Shown here: positions 9,887 to 19,848 of the stretch, in pieces
Position numbering within the stretch: the first letter of the stretch is position 1
Layout: every line of letters starts with the position of its first letter
Assembly: GCA_963771885.1 (NCBI GenBank)
Contig: CAVYVF010000023.1
Span: forward strand, 328,668-392,667
Length of the DNA: 64,000 nt
Reading direction: 5' to 3'
From: Candidatus Bathyarchaeota archaeon
GTDB taxonomy: Archaea > Thermoproteota > Bathyarchaeia > TCS64
Made by a program: the position numbers and the translations under genes
Notes under the pieces: generated by a model
Seen by the model: only the letters and a program-made list of their open reading frames with translations
Database searches by the model: none
What the model was told of the DNA's origin: nothing

Positions 9887-10034
9887 TTCTTATACACTCT
9901 CGCTTATGCCGTGATACTGCGCATATGCCAAAACTATTCGTAATATTTAGGGACTCGGCGATAAGAGTCTATATTATGATATAAGAGCCGGCTTTTAAAA
10001 AGGCAAATGAGAATATTGGGGAGGTATTGCACGT

Positions 10035-12764
10035 CTATTTCCAGCGCCAAATCTTCCTGCCGTAGAAGACCTCGGGCAGTATCAGCAGCCCCGTCATGGA
10101 TGCTGCAAATACTATGACCCAGTCCATCGGGTTGGTCAGCCAGACCATACCGAAGACGCCGAAGTAGGGCAGGAAGACGGTCAACACCATCGAGACCACC
10201 ACCGCGCCGAGCAGGAACTTGTTCGACGTGAACCCGGTCACGAAGGCGTTGTGCTTTTCAGACCTGCAGTTCCAGACGACGAAGAGCTCCTGTAGCGAGG
10301 CGCGCATGAACGCCATCGTCCTCGCGTATGCGAGCTTGTCGGGCGTGAGCGGCCCAGGCGCTATGTAATACTGATAGTAGAACAGCCCACCGGTGAGGGA
10401 TAGCTGCAGTATGAAGGTCACGATTATCGAAGCCATCCGGCCGTGTAAGATTCCCTCGTTGGGGTCGCGCGGCGGGCGCTGCATTACGTCTTTCTGCGGT
10501 GGATCCATCGTCAGTGCGAGGGCGGGTCCTCCGTCCGTGACTAGGTTTAGCCATAGAATCATTGCAGCCGTGAGAGGTAGCTCCAAACCTGCGAGCGCAA
10601 AGACGCCTATGATGGCGAGTTCGTCGAAGTTGCACCTCATGAGGAAGAACGTGAACTTCCTGATGTTGTCGTAGATGGTTCTGCCGCCCTCGATCGCGCT
10701 CACGATTGTGGCGAAGTTGTCGTCGGCGAGGACCATATGGGATGCCTCCCTCGTGACGTCGGTGCCGGTGATGCCCATGGCGATACCGATGTCGGACTGC
10801 TTGAGCGCGGGGGCGTCGTTTACGCCGTCGCCGCTCATGGCGACGATATTGCCCTTCGCTTTCAAGGCCCTAACTATCTTGATCTTGTGCTCAGGCGAGA
10901 CCCTAGCGTAGACATTGACGTCCGAGACAATCTTCTGGTAGGTCTCGTCGTCCATAGCGTCTAGCTCGGCACCCGTCAGGACCTTGCCCTCCTTGAGGAT
11001 TCCGAGCTCCTTCGCCACCGCCTCGGCGGTCAACTTGTGGTCGCCGGTGATCATCACCGTCTTGATGCCCGCCTCGTCGCACTTCCTGACGGCGTCCTTG
11101 ACCTCCGCCCTAGGCGGGTCGATCATGCCGATGAGTCCGACGAATGTGAGCGTCGCCTCAATCTCGTCCTCGCTTAGCTCGTCAACCTTTGAGTCGGGGA
11201 GGTTACGGTACGCAACGCCGAGGACGCGTAGCGCCTTGTGTGCCATCCTCTCGTTTGCCTGCAGGATCTCCTTCCTCTTCTCGTCAGTGAGCTTTACCGA
11301 TTTTCCGTTCACCATCACCGCCGAGCAGCGTTCGAGCACGAGCTCTGTCGCACCCTTGACATTGCACACGAGGGTATCTCCCTCGTGCTTGTGGATTGTG
11401 GACATCCTCTTCCTCTCAGAGGAGAACGTGATCTCGTGGACGCGTGGAGCCTCCTTGTCCAGTTCAGGTTTGTTCAGCCCGAGCTTCGCCGCCGCAACGA
11501 TCAGCGCGCCCTCCGTGGTATCTCCGATGACCTTTGTCCCATCGAGGATCGCGTTAGAGCATAGAGTCGAAGCCCTCAGGATAAGGTCCAGACTGGGCTT
11601 CTCACCCTTCTTCAGGCTTTTACCCTCGAGGAGGAACTCGCCCTTCTGCTCGTAGCCCACGCCGGTGACCTCTATCGTGTCATGGTCGACGTAGATCTCG
11701 CGCACCGTCATCTCTCCCTTCGTCAGCGTACCCGTCTTGTCCGAACAGACTACTGTGACGGCGCCAAGCGTCTCAGCGGACGAGAGCTTCCTAAGAACCG
11801 CGTTCCTCTTCGCCAGCTCCCTCGCACCGAGTGCGAGCGAGATCGTGACGACAGCAGGTAAGCCCTCTGGGACCGCCGATACAGCTAGTGACACAGAGAC
11901 CATTAGGGAGTCAAGTATCGACTCGATTCCGAAACCGCTCCTGAAGATCTCGACTACAAAGATGAGTATGACGATGCCGATGATGATCTTACCGAGCTTA
12001 GTAGCGAAACTCTCCAGCTTCTGTTGTAGGGGGGTGTCCCCCTCCTCAACACTCTGGACGAGCTCTGCGATCTTTCCGAACTCGGTCGTCATACCTGTCC
12101 CGGTTACGACCGCTTTGGCACGCCCATATGTTGCGTAGGTCCCCATGTACACCATGTTCTTCCTGTCGGCCACAGGGGTGTTATCGGACATCACGCCGCG
12201 CTTCTTGCTAACTGGCGAGGATTCACCCGTGAGGGCAGCCTCCGCCGTCATAAGATCGGTCGACTCGATCAGCACGGCGTCGGCTGGGATATGGTCGCCG
12301 GCTTCCAGGATCAGGATGTCGCCGGGGACTACTTCCCTCGCTGCCAGTACCGTTGGTTTACCATCCCTCAGTACATGGGCGCGCGGGGCCTGGAGCTTCT
12401 TCATAGCCTCGATCGCCTTCTCCGAACGATACTCCTGGACGAAGCCGACCGCCGCGTTTAGGACTACAATGAGACCGATGGTTATGGCATCGATGTACTC
12501 GTTCATCGACTCCTCGCCGCCGCTCTTGTACCAACCGATGGCGACCGAGACAACTATAGCTACGAGGAGCATTATGACGAAGATGTCCTTAAACTGGTTG
12601 AGCAGTATCTGGAGTGGGGTTATCCGCTTCTTCTCAACGAGTTCGTTGTAGCCGTATTGTTTGATTTTTGCCTCGGCTTCGGAGGATGTGATGCCGTTCT
12701 CATTGGTTTTTAGATCACTCAGTATTTCATGAACATCTCTTGTGTACCATTGCTTCTTCTCCAA
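10035..12764 (-). CDS. cation-transporting P-type ATPase (P2-type, Ca2+/Mg2+-like)
   Basis: 909 aa; DKTGTLT phosphorylation motif, TGES actuator-like motif, MITGDH and GDGVNDAPAL hinge motifs, 10 TM segments. Confidence 0.85.
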   Translation of the reverse strand: MEKKQWYTRDVHEILSDLKTNENGITSSEAEAKIKQYGYNELVEKKRITPLQILLNQFKDIFVIMLLVAIVVSVAIGWYKSGGEESMNEYIDAITIGLIVVLNAAVGFVQEYRSEKAIEAMKKLQAPRAHVLRDGKPTVLAAREVVPGDILILEAGDHIPADAVLIESTDLMTAEAALTGESSPVSKKRGVMSDNTPVADRKNMVYMGTYATYGRAKAVVTGTGMTTEFGKIAELVQSVEEGDTPLQQKLESFATKLGKIIIGIVILIFVVEIFRSGFGIESILDSLMVSVSLAVSAVPEGLPAVVTISLALGARELAKRNAVLRKLSSAETLGAVTVVCSDKTGTLTKGEMTVREIYVDHDTIEVTGVGYEQKGEFLLEGKSLKKGEKPSLDLILRASTLCSNAILDGTKVIGDTTEGALIVAAAKLGLNKPELDKEAPRVHEITFSSERKRMSTIHKHEGDTLVCNVKGATELVLERCSAVMVNGKSVKLTDEKRKEILQANERMAHKALRVLGVAYRNLPDSKVDELSEDEIEATLTFVGLIGMIDPPRAEVKDAVRKCDEAGIKTVMITGDHKLTAEAVAKELGILKEGKVLTGAELDAMDDETYQKIVSDVNVYARVSPEHKIKIVRALKAKGNIVAMSGDGVNDAPALKQSDIGIAMGITGTDVTREASHMVLADDNFATIVSAIEGGRTIYDNIRKFTFFLMRCNFDELAIIGVFALAGLELPLTAAMILWLNLVTDGGPALALTMDPPQKDVMQRPPRDPNEGILHGRMASIIVTFILQLSLTGGLFYYQYYIAPGPLTPDKLAYARTMAFMRASLQELFVVWNCRSEKHNAFVTGFTSNKFLLGAVVVSMVLTVFLPYFGVFGMVWLTNPMDWVIVFAASMTGLLILPEVFYGRKIWRWK

Positions 12765-12879
12765 GCAATCACCGCGTGTCCCTTTCCTAGAAATTCAGTA
12801 CCCCTAAAAAGATTTGGGCTGATATTTTTCGTGGATAAAATCTGTTATAGGCTGTAACTGCATCGTTATTCTGACTGTC

Positions 12880-13542
12880 TTGGTTAAGAAAGCGAAAGTC
12901 GATTTGGCTCTGATCAGGGAGAAACTAAACTCAAGCCTACTTAGCGACGTACTCGACGGAATGGGTATAAGGAATCAATGTATGTCTCAGGGGATCCGTC
13001 CCGCCTACCCGGGCGCAAAGGTCGTTGGGTGGGCGCACACGATGCTCATGGTCGACCAGCACGAGCCGGAGCAGGACACATTCAAGCTGCAGCTTGAGGG
13101 GATCGACTCCCTGAAGGGCGACGACTTAATGATCGTCGCTTCGAACGGCTCGACCTCCGCAGCACTCTGGGGCGAGCTTCTCTCCACAGCCGCACGGTGC
13201 AGGGGTGCGACAGGCGCAGTCATCGACGGTCTCGTCCGCGACATAAGCCAGATCGAGGAGATGAAGTTCCCCGTCTTCGCCTCGGGGATTCGCCCGATCA
13301 GCAGCAAGGGGCGTGTCATCGCGATAGGCTATGGTTGCAGAATAAGGTGCGGGGGTGTAAACGTCGAAGAGGGTGACCTCATCGTCGGTGACGTCGACGG
13401 GGTGACCGTCGTCCCGGACACGGCGGTTGAAGAGGTGGTGAAACGGGCATTTGAGAGGGCAAGCAGCGAGAGAAAGACGCGCAAGGAACTCCTCGCCGGA
13501 TCCACGCTCAGCGCCGTGTACCAGAAGTACGGCACGATCTAG
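12880..13542 (+). CDS. RraA-like / 4-hydroxy-4-methyl-2-oxoglutarate aldolase family protein
   Basis: 220 aa; ALWGELLSTAARCRGATGAVIDGLVRD pattern typical of the RraA/MenG-like swivelling beta/beta/alpha domain family. Confidence 0.5.
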   Translation: MVKKAKVDLALIREKLNSSLLSDVLDGMGIRNQCMSQGIRPAYPGAKVVGWAHTMLMVDQHEPEQDTFKLQLEGIDSLKGDDLMIVASNGSTSAALWGELLSTAARCRGATGAVIDGLVRDISQIEEMKFPVFASGIRPISSKGRVIAIGYGCRIRCGGVNVEEGDLIVGDVDGVTVVPDTAVEEVVKRAFERASSERKTRKELLAGSTLSAVYQKYGTI

Positions 13543-15494
13543 CCGAAGCCGAGAAATACCAGAACCCGGAAGATTACACCTCCCAGAGCAACAGCTAGAA
13601 AAACCTCTACCAAGCTTATCACCGCAGCTGTCCTCGTACCGAACTCCTTGGCGAGCACCGCAATGGTCGCGAGGCAGGGTAAGTAGAGCATCACGACAAA
13701 GGCGAAGACGAACATCTGTGCCGGTGTCAAGATAAGGGCAAAGTTCGTAGTCCCCATGATAGACGCGAGGAGGATGAGTGTCAGCTCTTTTCTAAGGACG
13801 CCAAAGATAAGCACGACGCCAGTCGCGGCGGGTAGCCCGAGCCACCACACCGTGACCGGGCTGAACAAATCCTGCACCACATTAAGTAGCCCCAACGTGT
13901 TTGCGACATAGATCACAAGGTTCCCAGCGACCATAATCGGGAACGCCTCATAGACAAAGTCCTTGACCCTGAACCAAGTCCGCTGCGCCGTAATCTTCGA
14001 TGAAGGGAGCTTGTAAACAGGCATTTCCATTATCAACCCAACTGGTTCCCCGGGGAGCACCTTGAAGGCAACCCTACCCAGCGCAAAGATGATGATGAAG
14101 TCGATGAGGTAGAGGGCGACCGCCCACTCGAAGCCGAGGTACGTTGCGACGAGACCCATGATGACGATGCTCCTCGCAGCGCAGGGCACGAGGCTTGATA
14201 CAAAGGCGCAGATTAGGCGTTCCCTCTCCGTCTCCATAATGCTACAGCCGAGGCACGCTGGTACGTTGCACCCGAAGCCAAGCATCATTGGGATGAAGCC
14301 CTTCCCGTGCAACCCGATCTTATGCATAAGAGAATCCATTAGGAAGGCTATTCTAGCGAGGTAGCCCGAGTCCTCGAGGAGGCTCAGGACGAGGAAGAAC
14401 GGGACGATGTATGGGAGCGCAATCGAAACGCCGGCTATCACGCCCTCAATCAGACCCGTCCATATGAACGCTTGAATCACGCCGTCACCCAGCGAGGCGA
14501 AGTACACGTTTTTGAATGTCTCGAAGACATTGCCAAGTATTCCTGTCACAAAGTCCCCGACCGCGAAGATCGAGAGAAATGTCGCTAAGACGACGCTGAT
14601 CATGATTGCGTATCCGATAACCGGGTGGCTCGTCGCGTCCTCAAGTTCCCTCAGGATATTTCTCCTCGACTCGACGTGTATCGAAGCCTCGGCTGCTATC
14701 CTGCTCGCTTGGATGTACCGCTCCGAAGTTATGACACTGGCTGCGTCGTGACCGTGTATTTCCTCCATCTTGCGCCTCGCGGCTGCGACCCGCCCTTCAC
14801 ATGCGGGGCAGTTTGGGTAGACGAGCTTCTCAATCTCATCATCGCCCTCAAGGAGCTTTATCGCGACCCAACGCCGGGGGTAGGGGGACTCGACGCCCTC
14901 GAGTATCGTCATTATTTCACTGACGGTCTTCTCTACCTCGGTGCCGAAGGGGAGCGGTCGGGAAACCGGGGAGTCGTTAACATGTATCTTAATCGCCTCG
15001 TCCATTAACTCGTGCAGCCCAAGGTTCTTCACCGCCGTCGTAGCGACGACAGGGACTCCGAGGAGGGTGGAGAGCCTTTGAGCGTTGACGCGTATGCCCC
15101 GCTTCTCGGCAACGTCAACAAGATTCAACGCGACGACGAGGTGTGGCTCAAGCTCGAGGAGCTGGGCCGTGAAGAAGAGGTTCCTCTCTAGCGCTGAGGC
15201 GTCGACGACGTTTATGAGGGCGTCGGGGTGCTCTACAGCGATGTATTCCCTGCTGACCTGCTCCTCTAGGCTGTAAGTGCTCAGGCTGTAGATGCCGGGA
15301 AGATCGACTACATCGATCGTGTAACCATCATGTACAAGTGTCCCCTCAGCCCGTTTCACTGTCTTACCCGGCCAGTTGCCGACATGTTGGTGGAGTCCCG
15401 TGAGCTGGTTGAAGATAACGCTCTTGCCGACGTTCGCGTTACCCGCAAGGGCGACGGTCAGCAACCATTCATCTTTGTGGATTATATTCGACAA
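13539..15494 (-). CDS. feoB: ferrous iron transporter FeoB
   Basis: N-terminal G-domain GNANVGKSVIFNQLTG, DLPGIYSL, NxxD; large C-terminal membrane domain. Lies 10 nt downstream of dtxR on the same strand. Confidence 0.85.
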   Translation of the reverse strand: MSNIIHKDEWLLTVALAGNANVGKSVIFNQLTGLHQHVGNWPGKTVKRAEGTLVHDGYTIDVVDLPGIYSLSTYSLEEQVSREYIAVEHPDALINVVDASALERNLFFTAQLLELEPHLVVALNLVDVAEKRGIRVNAQRLSTLLGVPVVATTAVKNLGLHELMDEAIKIHVNDSPVSRPLPFGTEVEKTVSEIMTILEGVESPYPRRWVAIKLLEGDDEIEKLVYPNCPACEGRVAAARRKMEEIHGHDAASVITSERYIQASRIAAEASIHVESRRNILRELEDATSHPVIGYAIMISVVLATFLSIFAVGDFVTGILGNVFETFKNVYFASLGDGVIQAFIWTGLIEGVIAGVSIALPYIVPFFLVLSLLEDSGYLARIAFLMDSLMHKIGLHGKGFIPMMLGFGCNVPACLGCSIMETERERLICAFVSSLVPCAARSIVIMGLVATYLGFEWAVALYLIDFIIIFALGRVAFKVLPGEPVGLIMEMPVYKLPSSKITAQRTWFRVKDFVYEAFPIMVAGNLVIYVANTLGLLNVVQDLFSPVTVWWLGLPAATGVVLIFGVLRKELTLILLASIMGTTNFALILTPAQMFVFAFVVMLYLPCLATIAVLAKEFGTRTAAVISLVEVFLAVALGGVIFRVLVFLGFG

Positions 15495-15504
15495 GTTGAC
15501 CGCC

Positions 15505-16254
15505 TCAGTGGATTACATGGTGGGGACCGTGTGGGTGTGTGGTCGGCGCGGTTGCCTCACCGACCTCGATGTAGACTTTGTCGGCAAGCCCCCTTCCAAT
15601 TGCGAGTCGGGTTCCCCTGACCTCTATTTCGACGGGTCCTTGAAATGGTGCGGCATTTATTACCTTGACCTCAGCGCCGGGGCAGAGGCCCATGTCACCA
15701 ATCCTCTGGCAGGCGGTGCCACCGCCTTTCGTGAATGCGACCTTGCCTGAGTCCCTCGGTCTCATCCGCGACAGCTGCGCGAGGAGGCGCGGACGCCCGC
15801 TCTCCCTCTCCCTTAGGTTCTTGCAGTCCTCACAGCTACTGTAGTCGAGTGTACAGGGGGGGATTGGGTTGCCGTCGTCTGGACACGTCGAAGGATTGTT
15901 GAGTTTCTCGCAGAGCGCACAAGCAACCTCGTCACTCACACTGTGCTCGAGCCTGCAAGCCTCGTCATGCACCTTTTCCTTGGAGAACCCGAGAGAGTCG
16001 TGTAGGAACCTCTCGAGGAGCCTGTGCTTCCTGACGACCTTCTGAGCCCTCGCGTTGCCTACGCCAGTGAGTAGAACGCCCTTGTATGGCTCATATGTTA
16101 CGAGTCCCTCGTCGGCTAGCTTTTTTATCATCTGTGTGACGCTGGCAGGGGAGACATGAAGCTTCTCGGCGAGGTCCTGGTTTTTAGCTAGTTCGCCTTT
16201 TTCATTGAAAGTGTAGATTGCTTCTAGGTATTCCTCGACGCTGTCGCTCATCAC
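15505..16254 (-). CDS. DtxR/IdeR/MntR-family metal-dependent transcriptional repressor with C-terminal FeoA/SH3-like domain and Cys-rich insertion
   Basis: N-terminal wHTH (ELAKNQDLAEKLHVSPASVTQMIKKLADEGLV); C-terminal FeoA-like VAFTKGGGTACQRIGDMGLCPGAEVKVI; inserted CxxC...C...C...CxxC segment. Confidence 0.7.
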   Translation of the reverse strand: MMSDSVEEYLEAIYTFNEKGELAKNQDLAEKLHVSPASVTQMIKKLADEGLVTYEPYKGVLLTGVGNARAQKVVRKHRLLERFLHDSLGFSKEKVHDEACRLEHSVSDEVACALCEKLNNPSTCPDDGNPIPPCTLDYSSCEDCKNLRERESGRPRLLAQLSRMRPRDSGKVAFTKGGGTACQRIGDMGLCPGAEVKVINAAPFQGPVEIEVRGTRLAIGRGLADKVYIEVGEATAPTTHPHGPHHVIH

Positions 16255-16266
16255 GCCTCAGTCTTT

Positions 16267-16305
16267 TTAGGCATGCCTAAAATATAAAGTTTAGGCTTGC
16301 CTAAG
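16267..16305. promoter_or_regulatory. Two DtxR-box-like palindromes flanking a TATA box, upstream of dtxR-feoB
   Basis: TTAGGCATGCCTAA (perfect 14-bp palindrome, 16267-16280) and TTAGGCTTGCCTAAG (16291-16305) resemble the TTAGG...CCTAA iron box; AATATAAA (16281-16289) between them lies 27-35 nt upstream of the dtxR start on the minus strand. Confidence 0.6.
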
Positions 16306-17347
16306 AAAGAAGGTGATATAAGAAGCGAGGCGTCCTTAGGCAGCAGCCCTCCGCTCGGTAGTCGATCTTCTTAGATATCCTGCCCGCTGCGATCAGCTCA
16401 TCGAGCACCTCGATGAAGGGATTGACTATGCTGACTCCGTAGTCGCGGCGTAAGGCCCTCCATTCATCCAGCTCTATGCCGTATGCCTTCGCCCAGTGCG
16501 TCCTGTCGAGTGCGTACCAGAGGCGATAGAAGTCGAGGTCGCTTGCGCCGAGGATGCTCGTGATGCCCTCCTTGAGTACCCTTTTGTTTAGCTTCATGTC
16601 ATGCATCTTATAGTTCGTGTCGAGGACGGAGACCTCCGCCTTGCCCCGAGTAAGCTTAATGAGGCTGTTCTTCGGCGGCTGGTAGACCTTCTTCAATTCG
16701 TCCTTTATCGGTTCCATGCCGGCAAGGCTACTAGTCCAAATGACCTCGTCCTTGCCTATTCCTATGCAGCAGGGCTGCCACCTATTAGCGAGCCAGATGG
16801 TATCAGGCTCGGACTCGCTTATGAGGCAGAGGAGGACTTGCCCCGTGAGCTTGGGCATGACTGTATGTAGCGCCTCGTCGAAGCCTGCGCCTTTCTTGAT
16901 TTCGTCGTCGATCATATGGACGGCGACCTCGCTATCTGTGATCCAGTCGATGGCGGGGTTGTACGCCTTGAACTTGTGGCTCGGCTTGAGGCGCGCCCAG
17001 TGCTCCTTGAAGTTGGAGATGTCTCCGTTGTGCATCATAGCGATGTCGCCAGCGTCGTTGGTGAAGGGGTGGCACATGTTGTCTGCGTCGTACCGGGGGT
17101 CCTCGCGGGCGTAGGCGCTGTACCGGCTGTGACCAATCCCGATGCTGCCCCTTAGCTTTGCGATCTTGGTGGTTTTCTTGACCATGGCGACTGGACCGGT
17201 CGCCTTCTGGAGTTGTATCTTACCCTTGGCGTCGATGACGCCTATACCCGTCGCGTGGGCGGCGAAGTAGGGTTCTTGGATTTCTAGGGCCTTGAGAACC
17301 AGAGACGCTATGGGTCTGTCCCCTATGTATCCGACAAGTTGGCACAT
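16301..17347 (-). CDS. class II (Ntn) glutamine amidotransferase domain protein
   Basis: Begins MCQLVGY (Cys2 nucleophile after Met removal), a GATase-2 hallmark; 348 aa with an uncharacterised C-terminal domain. Confidence 0.5.
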   Translation of the reverse strand: MCQLVGYIGDRPIASLVLKALEIQEPYFAAHATGIGVIDAKGKIQLQKATGPVAMVKKTTKIAKLRGSIGIGHSRYSAYAREDPRYDADNMCHPFTNDAGDIAMMHNGDISNFKEHWARLKPSHKFKAYNPAIDWITDSEVAVHMIDDEIKKGAGFDEALHTVMPKLTGQVLLCLISESEPDTIWLANRWQPCCIGIGKDEVIWTSSLAGMEPIKDELKKVYQPPKNSLIKLTRGKAEVSVLDTNYKMHDMKLNKRVLKEGITSILGASDLDFYRLWYALDRTHWAKAYGIELDEWRALRRDYGVSIVNPFIEVLDELIAAGRISKKIDYRAEGCCLRTPRFLYHLLS

Positions 17348-17439
17348 TGGGGGAGAGTACGCCTCTGCGTGTATTAAAAACTGAGTATAATCGGAGCAAA
17401 ACTATGAATAAAAATGGCTAATTTTTTTATCTAACTGCG

Positions 17440-17934
17440 CTAGGCGAGCCTCATATTTCCCCGCTCGATGGCGGCTGCGCCGGTCCTGCTCATCTCCTCT
17501 ATGCCGATGGGCGCGATCTTCTTGAGGAACTCATCGATCTCGTCGGTGGGTCCCGTGACCTCTGCGATGAGTATGTCCGGCTCCACATCGAGGATGAGTC
17601 CGTGGTATGCGTTTACAGTGTTGACTGCCTCGATCCTTGCGATCGGGTCCGATGTCTTCATTTTAATAAGCAGTAATTCCCTGCTGAGTGTCCTGATTGG
17701 GTCGAGGCGTTTCACCTTGACGACATCAACCATCTTGTCGAGCTGTTCGACTATCTGGTTCAGTATCTTGCTCTCAGCGTCTACTACGACCGTCATTCTA
17801 CTTAGCGGGCTACCCTCAACTGGGCCGACTGTGAGGCTCTGGATGTTGTAGCCTCGGCGCCGGAAGAGGTTGGCGACTTTGAAGAGGACTCCCGGTTTGT
17901 TTTCGACGAGGAAGCTGACTGTGTGTAGTGGCAT
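17440..17934 (-). CDS. ilvH: acetolactate synthase small (regulatory) subunit
   Basis: ACT domain start SFLVENKPGVLFKVANLFRRRGYNIQSLTV; immediately downstream of ilvB. Confidence 0.85.
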   Translation of the reverse strand: MPLHTVSFLVENKPGVLFKVANLFRRRGYNIQSLTVGPVEGSPLSRMTVVVDAESKILNQIVEQLDKMVDVVKVKRLDPIRTLSRELLLIKMKTSDPIARIEAVNTVNAYHGLILDVEPDILIAEVTGPTDEIDEFLKKIAPIGIEEMSRTGAAAIERGNMRLA

Positions 17935-17935
17935 C

Positions 17936-19619
17936 TTAGACGCCTCCTAGGAGGATGTCCTTTAGCCCCATGCCCGGCGGGATCATAGGGTAGACGTTCT
18001 CCTCTGGGTCGATAGGGACCTCGATGACGGTCGTCTGCTTGTCTTTGATGCTCCTCTTTATGGCTGACTCTATCTGCTTCGTGGACTCTGCCTTGATACC
18101 TACGGCTCCGTAGGTCTCGGCGAGCTTGGCGAAGTCGGGGTGCTTCGGTCTCGTTATTGTGCTGTATCTGCGGTCGTAGAATAGGCGCTGCCACTGTGCG
18201 ACCATGCCGAGGACGCCGTTGTTTAGTATGACGACGGTTATGGGGAAACCCTCATCCACAGCGAGTGCGAGGTTGTTCTCCGTCATGGCGAAGCTGCCGT
18301 CGCCGCTGATGTTGAGGACGGGGAGGTCAGGGCGCGCTGCCTTGGCGCCGATGGCTGCTGGCGTCCCCCAGCCCATCGTACCGAGACCGCCACTTGTGAA
18401 GAACTCGCCGGCGCCGTGTACGTCGTAGTGCTGGGCCGCCCACATCTGGTGCTGGCCCACGTCGGTCACGACTATGCTCTTCGCGGGCATAGCTCTCCGT
18501 ATCGCACGGATAACCTCTGGGCCAGAGAGTGGCGAGGTGTTGAGTGTGTTCGTCTGCGCCCGTAACTCAGCGATCCTCTTTATGAGCGCCTCGTCCTTCT
18601 TGCCGGTCTTCCTCTGCTGGGCGACCTTATCTCCTATCCCGCGTAGGGCGAGCCTTGCGTCGCCCGACTATCCTCGTGATGCTGTCGACGTTCTTGTCTA
18701 TCTCACTCCTGTCGACGTCGACATGGATGATACGAGCGTTCGGGGCGAAGCCCCTGAGCGAGCCGGTTGTGCGGTCGCTGAAGCGCGCGCCGACGACTAG
18801 GAGGACATCCGCCTCAGGGACCACATAATTCGCCTCGCAGCGCCCGTGCATCCCGCAGAGCCCGAGGCTGAGCGGGTGGTCGCTGGGTATGGCGCCCTTT
18901 CCCATGAGGCTGTGGGCTACGGGTGCCTGCAGCATCTCGGCAAGCTCGATAAGCTCCGACGTTGCCCCTGCTGCGACGGCTCCTCCACCGGCGATGATGA
19001 CGGGTCGGTGCGCCTTCGAAAGAAGCGTCGCGGCCCAGTGTATCTCCTGAGGGTTGGGCTCAGCGCTCGGGTGGTACCCGCGGAACTCGACCTTGTCCGG
19101 GAAGACCATCTCAGCCCTATCCGTCTGGGTGTCCTTTGGGATGTCGACTAGGACAGCGCCCTTCCTGCCGGTCGATGAGATGTGGAAGGCGGACTTGATC
19201 GCGTGCGGTATCTCCGCCGCCTCCATGACCTGTATGTTGTGCTTAGTGACGGAGGCGGTGATGCCTATGATGTCGACCTCTTGGAAGGCGTCGGTTCCCA
19301 CCATGCTGAGTGGGACCTGCCCCGTGAGGGCGACGACGGGCGACGAGTCGAGCTGCGCCGTTGCGAGCCCAGTCACGATGTTGGTCGCGCCGGGTCCGCT
19401 GGTCACCTGCACGACGCCAGGTCTCCCGGAGACGCGCGCGTAGCCGTCCGCCATGTGGGTGGAGCCCTGCTCGTGGACGCCGCCCACGTAGCGGATCTTC
19501 GACTTGAGCAGCTCGTCGCATATCGGGATAATAGCGGCGCCGGTTATACCGAACAGGTACTCGACGCCCTCCTTTTCAAGCGCCTTGACGTAAGCCTCGG
19601 CGCCAGTCATCTCAGGCAT
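17936..19619 (-). pseudogene. ilvB: acetolactate synthase large subunit (copy 1), disrupted by a 1-nt frameshift near 18665
   Basis: N fragment 18627..19619 (TPP-enzyme N and central domains) and C fragment 17936..18490 (GDGSF TPP-binding motif) are in different frames. Alternate-frame reading of 18600-18670 gives IVGDARLALRGIGDKVAQQRKTGKK...AMPAKSIVVTDVGQHQMW, which parallels copy 2; one extra G in a GGG run (plus-strand cgCCCgac) explains it. Confidence 0.7.
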
Positions 19620-19848
19620 GCATGGAATCCTCCAGTTGTTGAATTTTCTAGGATCATTGATCCAGTTGTCTCTGACGGGAATCTAGGGACTAAGAATACG
19701 ATTCCCCATTCAGCTCTCCCCCGCGCTCGGGGGCTCGACAAAGCAATACCCCATGTTCCATCCTCCCTTGCGGGATGTAAGCTAACCAAACTACGGATCG
19801 AATAAAAAGGTTTGGAGTAACAAAAACCCAACAAAATTTGACTTGTAG

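Noticed and set aside
10258-12651. Several 90-220 aa ORFs on the + strand (e.g. 10984..11655, 12145..12651) inside the P-type ATPase gene
   Set aside because: Antisense to a well-supported 909-aa ATPase; Ser/Ala/Arg-rich low-complexity translations typical of GC-rich antisense frames.
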